Source: Gemmatimonadales bacterium (GTDB lineage: Bacteria > Gemmatimonadota > Gemmatimonadetes > Gemmatimonadales > GWC2-71-9). From it: a stretch of 64,000 bases of DNA. The stretch covers positions 1 through 64,000 of the forward strand of contig JBDIWC010000003.1 of assembly GCA_039794085.1 (NCBI GenBank). Direction: 5' to 3'. Within the stretch, counting starts at the first letter, position 1, and each line of letters begins with the position of its first letter. Below are positions 18,190-28,097 of the stretch, piece after piece. The notes under the pieces were generated by a model, which searched no databases, was not told where the DNA came from, and saw only the letters and a list, made by a program, of their open reading frames with translations. The position numbers and the translations under genes were made by a program.

Positions 18190-19722
18190 TCACTGCAAAT
18201 GGCGCTCGACGAACTCCGCGCCCCGTTCCCCGATCATCATTGATGGCGCATTGGTGTGGGCGCTCGGGATCTCCGGCATGATCGACGCATCCGCCACGTA
18301 GAGCCGGTCCACCCCGCGCACCCGGAGCTCCGGGTCCACCACGGCCATCGGATCGCTCGCGGACCCCATCGGGCAGGTGCCCACCGGGTGATAGAGACTC
18401 TGCGCATGCGTCCGGAGGTGCGCCAGCAGGCCGGCCTCATCGGCTGCTACCGGGCCGGGGAAGACTTCCTCCCCGCGCCAGGGAGCGAACGCCTCGTGCG
18501 CACCGAGCCGGCGGACCAGCTCGAGGCCCGCCAGGAGCTGCTCCGCGTCGCGACCGGTGGTAAGACAGGCGGGGTCGATGTGCGGGGCCGCCAGGGGGTC
18601 GGGGGACGTGAGCGTGATCCGGCCTCGGCTCTCCGGGTGCAGCAGAACCGCCCCCATGGTGTAGTGGTGTCCGGGCCGCCGATCGAAGCCGTGGTTGGCA
18701 AACCAGACCGGACCCAGGATCAGCTCGAGCATCGGCCGAGGATCGGGGGACTTGTCGTCGGGGAGGAAGGCCGCCGCTTCGGCCACGGGTGACGTGAGGG
18801 GACCCCGCCGGAAGAGGAGCCACCGGAGAAGATTCAGAAAGGTATCCGCCCCATCGAGGGTGACCTTGCGTGTCGCCCGCCAGGAAACGCCGACACTCAG
18901 GTGATCCTGGAGATTCCGTCCCACGCCGGGAAGGTCTCTGGTGACGGGGATGCCGAGTGCGTGGAGATCCTCGCCCGGACCGATTCCGGACAGGAGGAGC
19001 ACCTGGGGGGAGTTGATCGCCCCTCCCGCCAGGATCACGGCACCTCGCGCGTGGAGAGTGCTCACCTCACCGTCCGTCACCACCTCCACCCCGGTGGCGT
19101 GGCCCTGGTCCACGATCACCCGCCTCACCATGGTGTCGAGCCGGAGGGAGAGCCCGGGGGGCATGTTCCCCTGGAGGTAGGCGCGCGATGCGCTCCACCG
19201 CCGGCCCTGGTGCATCGTGGTGCGGAAGAGGCCACACTCCCTTCCCGCCGGGCCGGAGAGTCTCTTCTGAAGCGGGATACCGTGGGCCATCGCGGCATCG
19301 AGAAAGGCGAGACTGATCGGGTTCGGCGAGATCTGCGGCTCGATGCGGAGCGGCAAACGCCGGAACACCGGTTCCACGTCCTCCCAGGCCCACCCGGGGT
19401 TTCCGAGTGCCGCCCACCCGTCGTAGTCGGCGGGGTGCCCCTCGGTGTAGAGCATGGCGTTGATCGAACTGGTGCCTCCCAGCACCTTGCCGCGGGGCCA
19501 GAAGAGCCGGCGGTTGTCGAGACCGGGCTGCGGCACCGTCTCCCACGCCCAATCCACCGGCGTCCGGAAGAGCTTGGAGAAGGCGGCGGGAATCTGGAGC
19601 AGAAGGCGCCGGTCCTCCCCTCCGGCCTCGATGAGGAGAACGGTGTGGCCCCGTTCGGCCAGTCGAGCCGCGATGGCGCAGCCCGCCGAGCCCGCGCCGA
19701 CGACGATGATGTCGGTGGTCAC
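18190..19722 (-). CDS. GMC-family FAD oxidoreductase (choline dehydrogenase-like)
   Basis: VGAGSAGC, RGKVLGGTSSINAMLY, GAINSPQVLLLSGIG, YHPVGTC and ADASIMP..HTNAP. Confidence 0.92.
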   Translation of the reverse strand: MTTDIIVVGAGSAGCAIAARLAERGHTVLLIEAGGEDRRLLLQIPAAFSKLFRTPVDWAWETVPQPGLDNRRLFWPRGKVLGGTSSINAMLYTEGHPADYDGWAALGNPGWAWEDVEPVFRRLPLRIEPQISPNPISLAFLDAAMAHGIPLQKRLSGPAGRECGLFRTTMHQGRRWSASRAYLQGNMPPGLSLRLDTMVRRVIVDQGHATGVEVVTDGEVSTLHARGAVILAGGAINSPQVLLLSGIGPGEDLHALGIPVTRDLPGVGRNLQDHLSVGVSWRATRKVTLDGADTFLNLLRWLLFRRGPLTSPVAEAAAFLPDDKSPDPRPMLELILGPVWFANHGFDRRPGHHYTMGAVLLHPESRGRITLTSPDPLAAPHIDPACLTTGRDAEQLLAGLELVRRLGAHEAFAPWRGEEVFPGPVAADEAGLLAHLRTHAQSLYHPVGTCPMGSASDPMAVVDPELRVRGVDRLYVADASIMPEIPSAHTNAPSMMIGERGAEFVERHLQ

Positions 19723-19792
19723 GGGACGTAGTCTATAGGCGGTAGGAGGTAGGCGGTAGGGGCGCCCCGTGGGGCGCCCTTGACCGCGATGG

Positions 19793-19948
19793 TCATCCGG
19801 GCGGTGGCGGATCGTCGTCGTGCAGGGCCCGAATGGCCGGCGTGGTCAGGTCGTCGAATTCCCCGCGACGCGCCGCCCAGACGAAGGCCGCGATCGCCGC
19901 ACCCACCAAGAGCAGCGCCAGGGGGAGCACGAGAAAGAGGACGCTCAC
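19793..19948 (-). CDS. ccoS: cbb3 oxidase maturation protein CcoS (not in the ORF track)
   Basis: MSVLFLVLPLALLLVGAAIAAFVWAARRGEFDDLTTPAIRALHDD with the (F)xW...GxFDDL motif; GTGA-coupled to ccoI. Confidence 0.9.
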   Translation of the reverse strand: MSVLFLVLPLALLLVGAAIAAFVWAARRGEFDDLTTPAIRALHDDDPPPPG

Positions 19949-22398
19949 GGGTGTTCCCCCGCCTCGAAGCTCCGGCTCCGCCAGGAGTGCACGATCACGG
20001 TCAGGGAGCTCACGGGCATGAGGATGGCCGCCACGAGCGGATGCAGGAGACCGGCCATCGCGAGCCCGGCTCCCGCGACGTTGTAGAGCAGGGAAAAGAC
20101 CACGTTCTGCTTGATGGTGGAGAGGGTGCGACGGGCGCCCGCCATGAGGGGTACCAGGCTCCCCACCCCCGGCGTCGAGAGGTAGACGTCCGCCACGGCC
20201 ATGCTCGCCTCGGCGCCCCCATGCACGGCGATGCCCACGGTGGCCCGTGCCATGGCCGCGGCGTCGTTCACCCCGTCTCCCACCATCACGGTTGGTCTCG
20301 CCTGGGAGACCGCCACGCGTTCGGCCTTGGCCTCCGGGGTCTGCTCCGCGTGGATCGCCTCCTCCGCCAGCCCGAGCGCGCGCCCCACGGAAGTCGCCAC
20401 GGCCTGCTCATCGCCGGTGAGGAGGTGCACGGACCAGCCCTCGTTCCGGAGCCGGGACACGACCCCCCCCGCTTCGGGGCGCACCGGGTCGCCGAAACGA
20501 GCTTCCCCGACGATGACTCCATCCACGGCCACCAGCACCGGAGTGAGATGGGCGCTCTCTCCGTCGGCCAGGTGAGGCGTGACGTCAAGTCGGCACCCGA
20601 TCCAGGACGGGGATCCCACCATCACCTCGTGACCCTCGACGCGGCCCGCCACGCCGCCGCCGAGCACATGGTCCACATCGTCCGCCTGGGGCACGGGGAT
20701 CCCCGGCCAGGCCTCACGGAAGCCCGCAGCCACCGGGTGCGTCGCCTCCCCCTCCAGAGACAGAATCCATGGTCGCACCCCGTCGGGGCCGGTCCAGGCC
20801 AGGAGCCGGAGTTGGCCGGCCGTGAGGGTCCCCGTCTTGTCGAGGAAAAGGGTTCCTCCCGCCGCACCGCGACCGAGAACCTCCAAGGCATCGCCGCCCT
20901 TGATGAGGATCCCGGCCCCCGCGGCGCGCCCGATGGCGACCGACACGGCGAGCGGTGTGGCGAGGGCCAGGGCGCAGGGACAGGTGACGATGAGCAGCGC
21001 GATGGCGTGATCGATCGCGACACTCGGCGACGTGGACCACCAGAGGCCCGCCGTGACGACCGCGAGCAGGAGCACCACGGCCACGAACGTCCCCGCCAGC
21101 CGGTGCGCCAGATCCACCACCGGCGCGCGTCGCGCGGCGCTGTCGGCCACCTCACGGAGCATGCGCCCCACCCGGCTCGTCTCCCCCGTCTGCTCCACCC
21201 GCAGCCGCAGGGGCGCGGAGAGGTTCACCGTGCCGGCCCAGGCCGGGTCGCCGGGCCCCACCGGAACCGGGCGCGACTCTCCCGAGAGGAGGGCCAGGTT
21301 GAGCGCCGAGGTCCCCGCACTCACGATTCCATCCGCCGCCACTGTTTCGCCCGGGTACACCACGATCGTCATGCCGGGAAGGAGTGCCTCGGCGGGGATC
21401 TCGCGGACGTCGTCTCCGTCCACCATCCGGGCCGTTGACGGAGCGATGGCGTGAAGGAGTTCGGCGCTGTCCGCCGCGGCACGCTGGGCCCGCTGCTGGA
21501 GGAAGCGACCGACCAGGAGGAGGAAGATGAGGGTCGCCACGCCGTCAAAGTAGACCGGCCCGCTGTCGGTGACGGTGTTCCAGAGCCCTCGGCTGTAACC
21601 CGCTGTGAGGGCCAGCGCGATCGGCACGTCCATGTGGAGGGTTCGGCCGCGCAGGGCCGCGAGAGCGCCGCGGAAGAAGACCCGGCCCGGCCAGAGCAGC
21701 GCCGGGGTGGTGACGAGGAGGCTGACCCAGCGGAAATAGCGGGTGAACACCGGGTCCATGTCGCCGAACCACCCACTGTAGAGCGCCAGTGCGAGCAACA
21801 TCACGTTGGCTGCCAGGGCGCCCGCCACCCCGATCCGCACGATCATCTCCCGATCCTCCCGTCGCCGAACCGTCTCGGCCCTGATCCCGCGGAACGGATG
21901 GGGCGGATAGCCCAGCGTGTCGAGCCACCGGGCGATCGCGGAGAGGGCCACCGCGGAGGGATCCCAGGTGACCGTGGCCCGGGATCGCGTGAGGTTCACC
22001 TCGGCCCGGAGCACTCCGGGCAGGGTACGGGGAATCCGTTCCACCAGCCAGACACAGGCGGAGCAGTGGATCCCTTCGAGGTAGAGGTCGACCTCGCGGC
22101 TCCCGTCCGGAAGAACCCGGACGTACAGCTCGGTGAAGGTATCGTGGTCGTACTCCTCGTAGCGGCGGCCGGTGGAGGTGACGGCGATCTCCCGGCGCTC
22201 GGGGAGGTTGTAGTACCCCGTGAGTCCATGGTCCTGGAGTATCTGCCAGACGGCATGGCACCCGGCACAGCAGAACTGCTCCTCCCGGGCACGATCGCGG
22301 ATGCCCCGAGGGACGGGAAGCAGGCAGTGGGCACAACGCGCCTCAGGATCCGCGGACAGGGCTCCGCGGGCGGGAGCGAGGGTGTCAATGGCCGACAT
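19945..22398 (-). CDS. ccoI: CcoI/FixI Cu-translocating P1B ATPase
   Basis: N-terminal CAHC..FCCAGC, HMA IHCSAC, CPC, DKTGT, GDGVND and YN/MPVSS motifs. Confidence 0.9.
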   Translation of the reverse strand: MSAIDTLAPARGALSADPEARCAHCLLPVPRGIRDRAREEQFCCAGCHAVWQILQDHGLTGYYNLPERREIAVTSTGRRYEEYDHDTFTELYVRVLPDGSREVDLYLEGIHCSACVWLVERIPRTLPGVLRAEVNLTRSRATVTWDPSAVALSAIARWLDTLGYPPHPFRGIRAETVRRREDREMIVRIGVAGALAANVMLLALALYSGWFGDMDPVFTRYFRWVSLLVTTPALLWPGRVFFRGALAALRGRTLHMDVPIALALTAGYSRGLWNTVTDSGPVYFDGVATLIFLLLVGRFLQQRAQRAAADSAELLHAIAPSTARMVDGDDVREIPAEALLPGMTIVVYPGETVAADGIVSAGTSALNLALLSGESRPVPVGPGDPAWAGTVNLSAPLRLRVEQTGETSRVGRMLREVADSAARRAPVVDLAHRLAGTFVAVVLLLAVVTAGLWWSTSPSVAIDHAIALLIVTCPCALALATPLAVSVAIGRAAGAGILIKGGDALEVLGRGAAGGTLFLDKTGTLTAGQLRLLAWTGPDGVRPWILSLEGEATHPVAAGFREAWPGIPVPQADDVDHVLGGGVAGRVEGHEVMVGSPSWIGCRLDVTPHLADGESAHLTPVLVAVDGVIVGEARFGDPVRPEAGGVVSRLRNEGWSVHLLTGDEQAVATSVGRALGLAEEAIHAEQTPEAKAERVAVSQARPTVMVGDGVNDAAAMARATVGIAVHGGAEASMAVADVYLSTPGVGSLVPLMAGARRTLSTIKQNVVFSLLYNVAGAGLAMAGLLHPLVAAILMPVSSLTVIVHSWRSRSFEAGEHP

Positions 22399-23086
22399 GA
22401 GCCGTGGGCGCCAGGAGATCGGGAGAATGGAGGCGGGCCCGTCCGGTGAGGGTCCAGAGGCCGAGGAGGACGAGCACCGTGGCGCTCACGACCGGGAGAC
22501 GCCGGCGCAGCGGGCCGAGTGTCCGGCCCGCCGCCAGTCCGAGAGCGGTGAGCATTGGCAGGGTGCCGATCCAGAAGGTGACCATGACGAGGGTACCGCC
22601 GAGAGCCGATCCGGTGCCGGCGGCGAGGGCCACGAAGGCGTAGAGCCATCCACAGGGGAGCAGCGTCGTCACGAGGCCAAGTCCAAGGGCACGAAGCAGG
22701 GGAGGATGACTCTGGAGACTCGCCACCGCCGCGGACAGGGCCCGGCGCAGGGATCCGGGGACGGCCGGTGCGGGAGACCGGAGTCCCAACGCGGCCGCGA
22801 GGGTCACCGATCCCCAGAGCACCATCAGGACGCCCGCGGCGAGTGTCGCCACCCGCGGGACGCCCGCCATCGTGCCGGCCCGGTCGAGTCCCGCTCCGGC
22901 CAGACCCGCGACAAGCCCCAGAGAGAGATAGGAGATCAGGCGCCCGCCGTTGTATGCGACGTGGGCCCAGGGATGGCGGGGCCCCTGTGCGCTGGCATAG
23001 AGACAGACGAACGGACCGCACATCCCCGCGCAGTGAAGACTCCCGAGGAGCGACGCCACGAACACGGGGACGAGCACCTCGATCAT
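22385..23086 (-). CDS. Sulfite exporter TauE/SafE (DsbD_2) family protein of the cco cluster
   Basis: GSLHCAGMCG, YNGGRLISY, LLPCGWLY and FWIGTLP. Confidence 0.88.
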   Translation of the reverse strand: MIEVLVPVFVASLLGSLHCAGMCGPFVCLYASAQGPRHPWAHVAYNGGRLISYLSLGLVAGLAGAGLDRAGTMAGVPRVATLAAGVLMVLWGSVTLAAALGLRSPAPAVPGSLRRALSAAVASLQSHPPLLRALGLGLVTTLLPCGWLYAFVALAAGTGSALGGTLVMVTFWIGTLPMLTALGLAAGRTLGPLRRRLPVVSATVLVLLGLWTLTGRARLHSPDLLAPTAHVGH

Positions 23087-23583
23087 GGCGTCGGGTTGTG
23101 GGCAGGAGAGGCCGTGTCGAGGCGGAGCGTGCGCCGGAAGTGATCCCGGCCCCGGATGGCCGTCACCCGGACCTCCCAGAGCCCGGTGCGGGACGAGGGC
23201 AGCATACTCTCCCAGGTGCCCGGCGAGGTGGACCGCAACGTGTCCGACAGGACCCGGGATCCGCGGGCGTTGTGGCTCGCCTCGACGGAGACAGTGGCTC
23301 CCTGCACCGGCGTGCCCTCCGCAGTGTGGAGGTGCACGGCAAGGTGGAGAGTCTCCGTCGCAGGCATCGGTGCGAGGGAGGCATTCACGGTCCACCCCAG
23401 GGCGTCGCTGCGGGCGTCGAGCGCCCGGGTGGAGTCCCAGGCCACCGCCTTGGCGTAGTAGTCGGGCTCCACGGCGAAGGAGGCGTCGCCGCGGGCGAGC
23501 CGGAACACCAGGAGATTTGCTCCCATCGTGAGTCCGAGGACAAGTGCCATGGCCCAGGGCCAGAGGCGTCCATCACGGATCAT
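23083..23583 (-). CDS. ccoH: FixH/CcoH-family protein
   Basis: WPW followed by a TM helix, VEPDYYAKAVAWD and LGW; located between ccoG and the TauE gene. Confidence 0.8.
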   Translation of the reverse strand: MIRDGRLWPWAMALVLGLTMGANLLVFRLARGDASFAVEPDYYAKAVAWDSTRALDARSDALGWTVNASLAPMPATETLHLAVHLHTAEGTPVQGATVSVEASHNARGSRVLSDTLRSTSPGTWESMLPSSRTGLWEVRVTAIRGRDHFRRTLRLDTASPAHNPTP

Positions 23584-25000
23584 GGTCGGCCGATCCCGGC
23601 CCGACGAGCCGGTAGTGGAGGGTGTCGCGGAAGGCGAGTCCGTCATCGAGAAGGAAGGTGGCCTGATACTCTCCCCGATGGAACCGGTCGGCGGGAACGA
23701 CCACAAAGAGGCTCGATTCCTCGGTGGCTCCAGGGGCCACGGGCATCGGGTTGCGGGGCGCGATGAGCCGAAGCGGTTCGCCCTCGCTCACCGTGATGCG
23801 GTAGGCCCGCTCCTCGGAGCCGCGGTTGGTGATCTTGAGACGGATCTGATTGACCACGGCCCCATTCGGATCCCGCGTGAAGGGGGCCCCCTGTCCCCGA
23901 AGAAGAGTCACATCGGTATCGGCCTTGGTCTCCAGGTTCCAGACGAGGAGACTCACCGACAGGAGAAGAACCATCGGATAGAGTACCACACGGGGCCGGA
24001 GCAGTCGGCGGCGGATGCCGGCCAGGGAGTCCTGGGAGGTGTACCGGATGAGCCCGCGGGGAGTCCCCACCTGGTCCATGATCGCGTCGCAGGCATCGGC
24101 GCACTGGGTGCAGTGGATGCACTCCATCTGCAACCCGTCCCGGATATCGATGCCGGTGGGGCAGGTGAGAACGCAGGCGCCGCAGTCGATGCAATCGCCG
24201 GCTCCCTCCGGCCGGTGGCGGCCCCGCTGCCGCGGCTCGCCCCGGGTCGGGTCGTACCCCACGATGAGCGACTGGCGGTCGAGAAGCACCGACTGGAGGC
24301 GGCCATAGGGACAGGCCACGATGCAGGTCTGCTCGCGGAACCAGGTGAAATCGGCGAAGATGGCCCCGGTGGTTCCGGCCATGACCAGGAACGAGGTCGG
24401 GTGCTCCAGCGGTGACCGGCGGACCCAGACGACGAGCTGCTCGATCCCGACGAAGTAGGCGAGGAACGTGTGGGCCAGGAAGAGTGCGAGGACAAAGTAC
24501 ACACCGTATTTGAGGAGGCGGCGGGGGTGCAGGTGCGCGTGCTCCCGGTCGAGGCGAAGCGAGCCACTCCGTCCTCCCTCGAGCCACCGTTCAATCGGGC
24601 GGAACAGAAACTCCATGTAGACGGTCTGGGGGCAGGCCCATCCGCACCAGACCCTCCCCAGCAACGCGGTGAGGAGGAAGATGGTGATGGCGATGCTCAC
24701 CATCAGCAGCATCAGCAACAGCGTGTCGGTCGGCAGGAAGGTGTAACCGAAGAGGGTGAATTGGCGACGGGGCAGGTCCAGGAGGACGAGCGGCTTGCCC
24801 CCCATCCGCAGATAGGGGATGGCAAAGAAGACCACCATCAACCCGTACGCGAGCCACCGCCGCGCATGCCAGAACCGCCCCGGGCTCGGCTTGGGGCGGA
24901 TCCACCGGCGGGAGCCATCCTCGTTGAGTGTCGAGAGCACCCGCAGGGGAGCGGACCGCCGTCCCGCTCCGGGAGCGGCGGTCTCGGAGGAACCGCTCAT
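23573..25000 (-). CDS. ccoG: Cytochrome c oxidase accessory protein CcoG (4Fe-4S)
   Basis: GRVWCGWACPQTV, REQTCIVACPYGR, CIDCGACVLTCPTGIDIR and ECIHCTQCADAC. Confidence 0.95.
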   Translation of the reverse strand: MSGSSETAAPGAGRRSAPLRVLSTLNEDGSRRWIRPKPSPGRFWHARRWLAYGLMVVFFAIPYLRMGGKPLVLLDLPRRQFTLFGYTFLPTDTLLLMLLMVSIAITIFLLTALLGRVWCGWACPQTVYMEFLFRPIERWLEGGRSGSLRLDREHAHLHPRRLLKYGVYFVLALFLAHTFLAYFVGIEQLVVWVRRSPLEHPTSFLVMAGTTGAIFADFTWFREQTCIVACPYGRLQSVLLDRQSLIVGYDPTRGEPRQRGRHRPEGAGDCIDCGACVLTCPTGIDIRDGLQMECIHCTQCADACDAIMDQVGTPRGLIRYTSQDSLAGIRRRLLRPRVVLYPMVLLLSVSLLVWNLETKADTDVTLLRGQGAPFTRDPNGAVVNQIRLKITNRGSEERAYRITVSEGEPLRLIAPRNPMPVAPGATEESSLFVVVPADRFHRGEYQATFLLDDGLAFRDTLHYRLVGPGSADHDP

Positions 25001-25004
25001 CGGG

Positions 25005-25628
25005 TCATCCCGGTCCCGGCGTGGCGACGGAATCCGTGGCCGGGTGAGCCACCGTGCCTTCCGGTGCCTTGGGAGCGGCCGGCGTGGTGCCGCGCAGTGT
25101 GATCACGTAGGCCACCACCGCGTTCAGGTCGCCGGGATCGAGCATCCGTCCCCACGCCGGCATCCCCTTTTCGAGGACCCCCTCCACCACGGTATGGTGG
25201 ATCTCGAGGGGTGTTCCTCCATGGATCCAGGAGTCATCGGTCAGATTGGGACCGATCACGCCGCCGCCGTCGGCGCCATGACAGGAGACGCACATCTGGC
25301 CATAGGTGGTCCTGCCGCGGGCGACCACCTCCTCGTCACGGACGAGAGCGAGGAGGGTGCCCTCGGACATGCCCGGGGTGTCCGCGGCGAGGGCGGCGGC
25401 CCGCGTCTCCGCGGCGGTGACCTCCGCCTCGTAGTGGGCCAGCCGTCCATCCCCGATGCCGATGCCGGGGACGTTGAACCAGTAGAGGACGGAATACACG
25501 ATCGACGCGTGGAAGATCCAGAGCCACCAGCGCGGCATCGGGTTGTCGTACTCGTGGATGCCGTCGTACTCGTGGTCGAGAAGGAGGGGGTCACGGCCCT
25601 CCGGCGGAGTGGAAGGAGTGGAACTCAT
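25005..25628 (-). CDS. ccoP: cbb3 oxidase subunit III (monoheme CcoP)
   Basis: DHEYDGIHEYDNPMPRWW, CVSCH, GPNLTD and GMPAW. Confidence 0.92.
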   Translation of the reverse strand: MSSTPSTPPEGRDPLLLDHEYDGIHEYDNPMPRWWLWIFHASIVYSVLYWFNVPGIGIGDGRLAHYEAEVTAAETRAAALAADTPGMSEGTLLALVRDEEVVARGRTTYGQMCVSCHGADGGGVIGPNLTDDSWIHGGTPLEIHHTVVEGVLEKGMPAWGRMLDPGDLNAVVAYVITLRGTTPAAPKAPEGTVAHPATDSVATPGPG

Positions 25629-25828
25629 GGGGTATCTCCGGTGCGCTCGCGGGGAGTCACGGGATGGTCGTCGTCGAGGGGGATGCGGCTGGCACGGTCA
25701 TATTCGCGGCGCCGGCTCGGGGCCAGGACCGCGATCACGATCGCCCCGAAGGCGAGGAGGAAGAGGATGAGGGCGGCTTGGGCCCACCCGGCCAGTCCGG
25801 CTGCCGCCATGATGTCGGAGAGTCTCAT
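25625..25828 (-). CDS. ccoQ: cbb3 oxidase subunit CcoQ
   Basis: Single TM, then YDRASRIPLDDD; located between ccoNO and ccoP. Confidence 0.85.
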   Translation of the reverse strand: MRLSDIMAAAGLAGWAQAALILFLLAFGAIVIAVLAPSRRREYDRASRIPLDDDHPVTPRERTGDTP

Positions 25829-25829
25829 C

Positions 25830-28025
25830 TCAGGGCGCTCCCGCCGGGGCTGTCGCGGGCGCCGGGGCGATGCGGCGGATGTCGGTCCCCAGTCGCTGGA
25901 GGTAGGCCACCATCGCCACGATCTCCTTGGTCTCCAGACCGGGCGGCCCTCCCTGCGCCTCGATGGAGGCCGCAAGAATCCGGGCCTGCTCCCGCGCCAG
26001 GGCGGGAGCGCGGGTCAGGGCGTCTCCGTAGGGAACGCCGAGCATGGCCATGGCGTCCACCCGGCGCTGGATGCCGTCAAAGTCGAGATCGGCGGTGAGC
26101 ATCCAGGGATAGGCTGGCATGATCGAGTTGGGGGTGATGGCCCGGGGGTCTTCCAGGTGGCGCACATGCCAGAGGTCCGGGAACCGTCCCCCCTCCCGCG
26201 CGAGATCGGGACCGATCCGGCGCGATCCCCAGAGGAAGGGGTGATCATAGACCGACTCGCCCGGCTTCGAGTACTCGCCGTAGCGCTCAGTCTCGTGCCG
26301 GAGCGGGCGGATCATCTGGGAGTGGCAGTTGAAGCATCCCTCCCGGATATAGAGATCCCGTCCGGCGAGTTCCAGCGGAGTGTAGGGCTGGACCGACGCG
26401 ATGGTCGGCACGTTGCTTCGGATCAGGAAGGTGGGAATGATCTCGAACAGGGAGGCCACCAGGACGGCCACGGTCACCATCACGGTGAAGGTGACGGGAA
26501 GGCGCTCCCAGGTACGGTGCCACGCCGCATCCGCGAACCGGCCCCAGAGACTCCGCGCCGGTGCCAGGGCCGGAACCGGCGCCGCCAGGGGAACCAGCCG
26601 GGGTGCCTGGACGGTTGGTTCCGCCAGCGTGGCCGGGCGGCTCCGCCAGGTCATGAGGATGTTGTACCCGAAGATCAGCATCCCGAGGATGTAGAGCGAG
26701 CCGCCGATCACCCGGAGCCAGTACATCGGGAGGAGCCGCAGCACGGTTTCGACGAAGTCAGGATACTGCAATCGCCCGGTCTCATCAAACGCGCGCCACA
26801 TGAGACCCTGGGTCAGGCCGGCGCTGTAGATCGCCGTCACGTACAGCAGGATGCCCAGGGTGGCCAGCCAGAAGTGGACTTCGGCCAGTCGCACGCTGTG
26901 CAGCCTGGTCTGGTACAACCGGGGCAGAAGCCAGTACACCATGCCGAAGGTGAGGAGCCCGTTCCACCCGAGGGCCCCGGTATGCACGTGGGCGATGATC
27001 CAGTCGGTGTAGTGCGCCAGGGCATTCACGCTCTTCACCGAGAGCATGGGGCCCTCGAACGTGGACATGCCATACGCTGTGACGGCCACCACGAAGAACT
27101 TGAGCACCGGGTCCTCGGCCACCTTCCGCCAGGCGCCCCGCAGGGTCAGCAGCCCGTTGATCATGCCGCCCCACGAGGGCATCCAGAGCATCACCGAAAA
27201 GAGCATGCCCAGCGTCGACGCCCATTCCGGCAGGGCGGTGTAGTGGAGATGATGCGGGCCGGCCCAGATGTAGAGGAAGACCAGGGACCAGAAATGGAGG
27301 ATCGACAGGCGATAGCTGAACACCGGGCGATTGGCCGCCTTCGGCAGGAAGTAGTACATCAGGCCGAGAAACGGCGTGGTCAGAAAGAAGGCGACCGCAT
27401 TGTGGCCGTACCACCACTGCATGAAGGCGTCCTGCACGCCGGCGTAGAGCGAGTAGCTCTTGAACCACCCCGCCGGGATCGAGAGATTGTTGAAGATGTG
27501 CAGAACGGCGACGGTGACGATGCTCGCGATGTAGAACCAGAGGGTCACATACAGATGCCGCTCGCGCCGTCGGGCGATGGTCCCGAAGAAATTCACCGCG
27601 AAGGCCACCCAGACCACGGCGATCGCGATGTCGATCGGCCATTCGAGTTCGGCGTACTCCTTCGCCTGCGTGAACCCGAGCGGCAGGGTGAGCGCCGCGG
27701 CGACGATGATCAGTTGCCATCCCCAGAAGTGGAACGCGCTGAGACGGTCACTGTACATCCGCGCCTTCAGGAGCCGCTGGGTCGAGTAGTAGGCGCCGGT
27801 GAAGAACGCGTTCCCCGCGAAGGCGAAGATGACGGCGTTTGTGTGAAGCGGCCGGAGCCGTCCGAACGAGAGCCAGGCGATGTCGAGGTTGAAGGCCGGG
27901 TTGGCAAGCTGGAGGGCGATCAGGAGCCCGACCAGCATGCCCACCAGTCCCCAGACGAACGTGGCGAGCATGAATTTCCGGACAATCGCATCGTCGTACG
28001 AAAAGGTCTCGAGGTGCGGATTCAT
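25830..28025 (-). CDS. ccoN: cbb3 oxidase fused subunit I/II (CcoN-CcoO)
   Basis: RLRPLHTN, WWYGHNAV, WAGPHHLHY and HVH, then the CcoO part YIREGCFNCHSQMIRP...WGSRRIGPDLAR. Confidence 0.96.
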   Translation of the reverse strand: MNPHLETFSYDDAIVRKFMLATFVWGLVGMLVGLLIALQLANPAFNLDIAWLSFGRLRPLHTNAVIFAFAGNAFFTGAYYSTQRLLKARMYSDRLSAFHFWGWQLIIVAAALTLPLGFTQAKEYAELEWPIDIAIAVVWVAFAVNFFGTIARRRERHLYVTLWFYIASIVTVAVLHIFNNLSIPAGWFKSYSLYAGVQDAFMQWWYGHNAVAFFLTTPFLGLMYYFLPKAANRPVFSYRLSILHFWSLVFLYIWAGPHHLHYTALPEWASTLGMLFSVMLWMPSWGGMINGLLTLRGAWRKVAEDPVLKFFVVAVTAYGMSTFEGPMLSVKSVNALAHYTDWIIAHVHTGALGWNGLLTFGMVYWLLPRLYQTRLHSVRLAEVHFWLATLGILLYVTAIYSAGLTQGLMWRAFDETGRLQYPDFVETVLRLLPMYWLRVIGGSLYILGMLIFGYNILMTWRSRPATLAEPTVQAPRLVPLAAPVPALAPARSLWGRFADAAWHRTWERLPVTFTVMVTVAVLVASLFEIIPTFLIRSNVPTIASVQPYTPLELAGRDLYIREGCFNCHSQMIRPLRHETERYGEYSKPGESVYDHPFLWGSRRIGPDLAREGGRFPDLWHVRHLEDPRAITPNSIMPAYPWMLTADLDFDGIQRRVDAMAMLGVPYGDALTRAPALAREQARILAASIEAQGGPPGLETKEIVAMVAYLQRLGTDIRRIAPAPATAPAGAP

Positions 28026-28097
28026 GAAGACTCCAGAAGGGGACCCGGGGCGGCCAGCGCGAACGCGGCGGAAAAATGACCACGAAGCATGAGAAAG

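Noticed and set aside
25830..28025. CcoN-CcoO fusion as a novelty
   Set aside because: Fused ccoNO is already known in several phyla.
24819..28079. 1086-aa plus-strand ORF
   Set aside because: Antisense shadow of ccoNO-ccoQ-ccoP.
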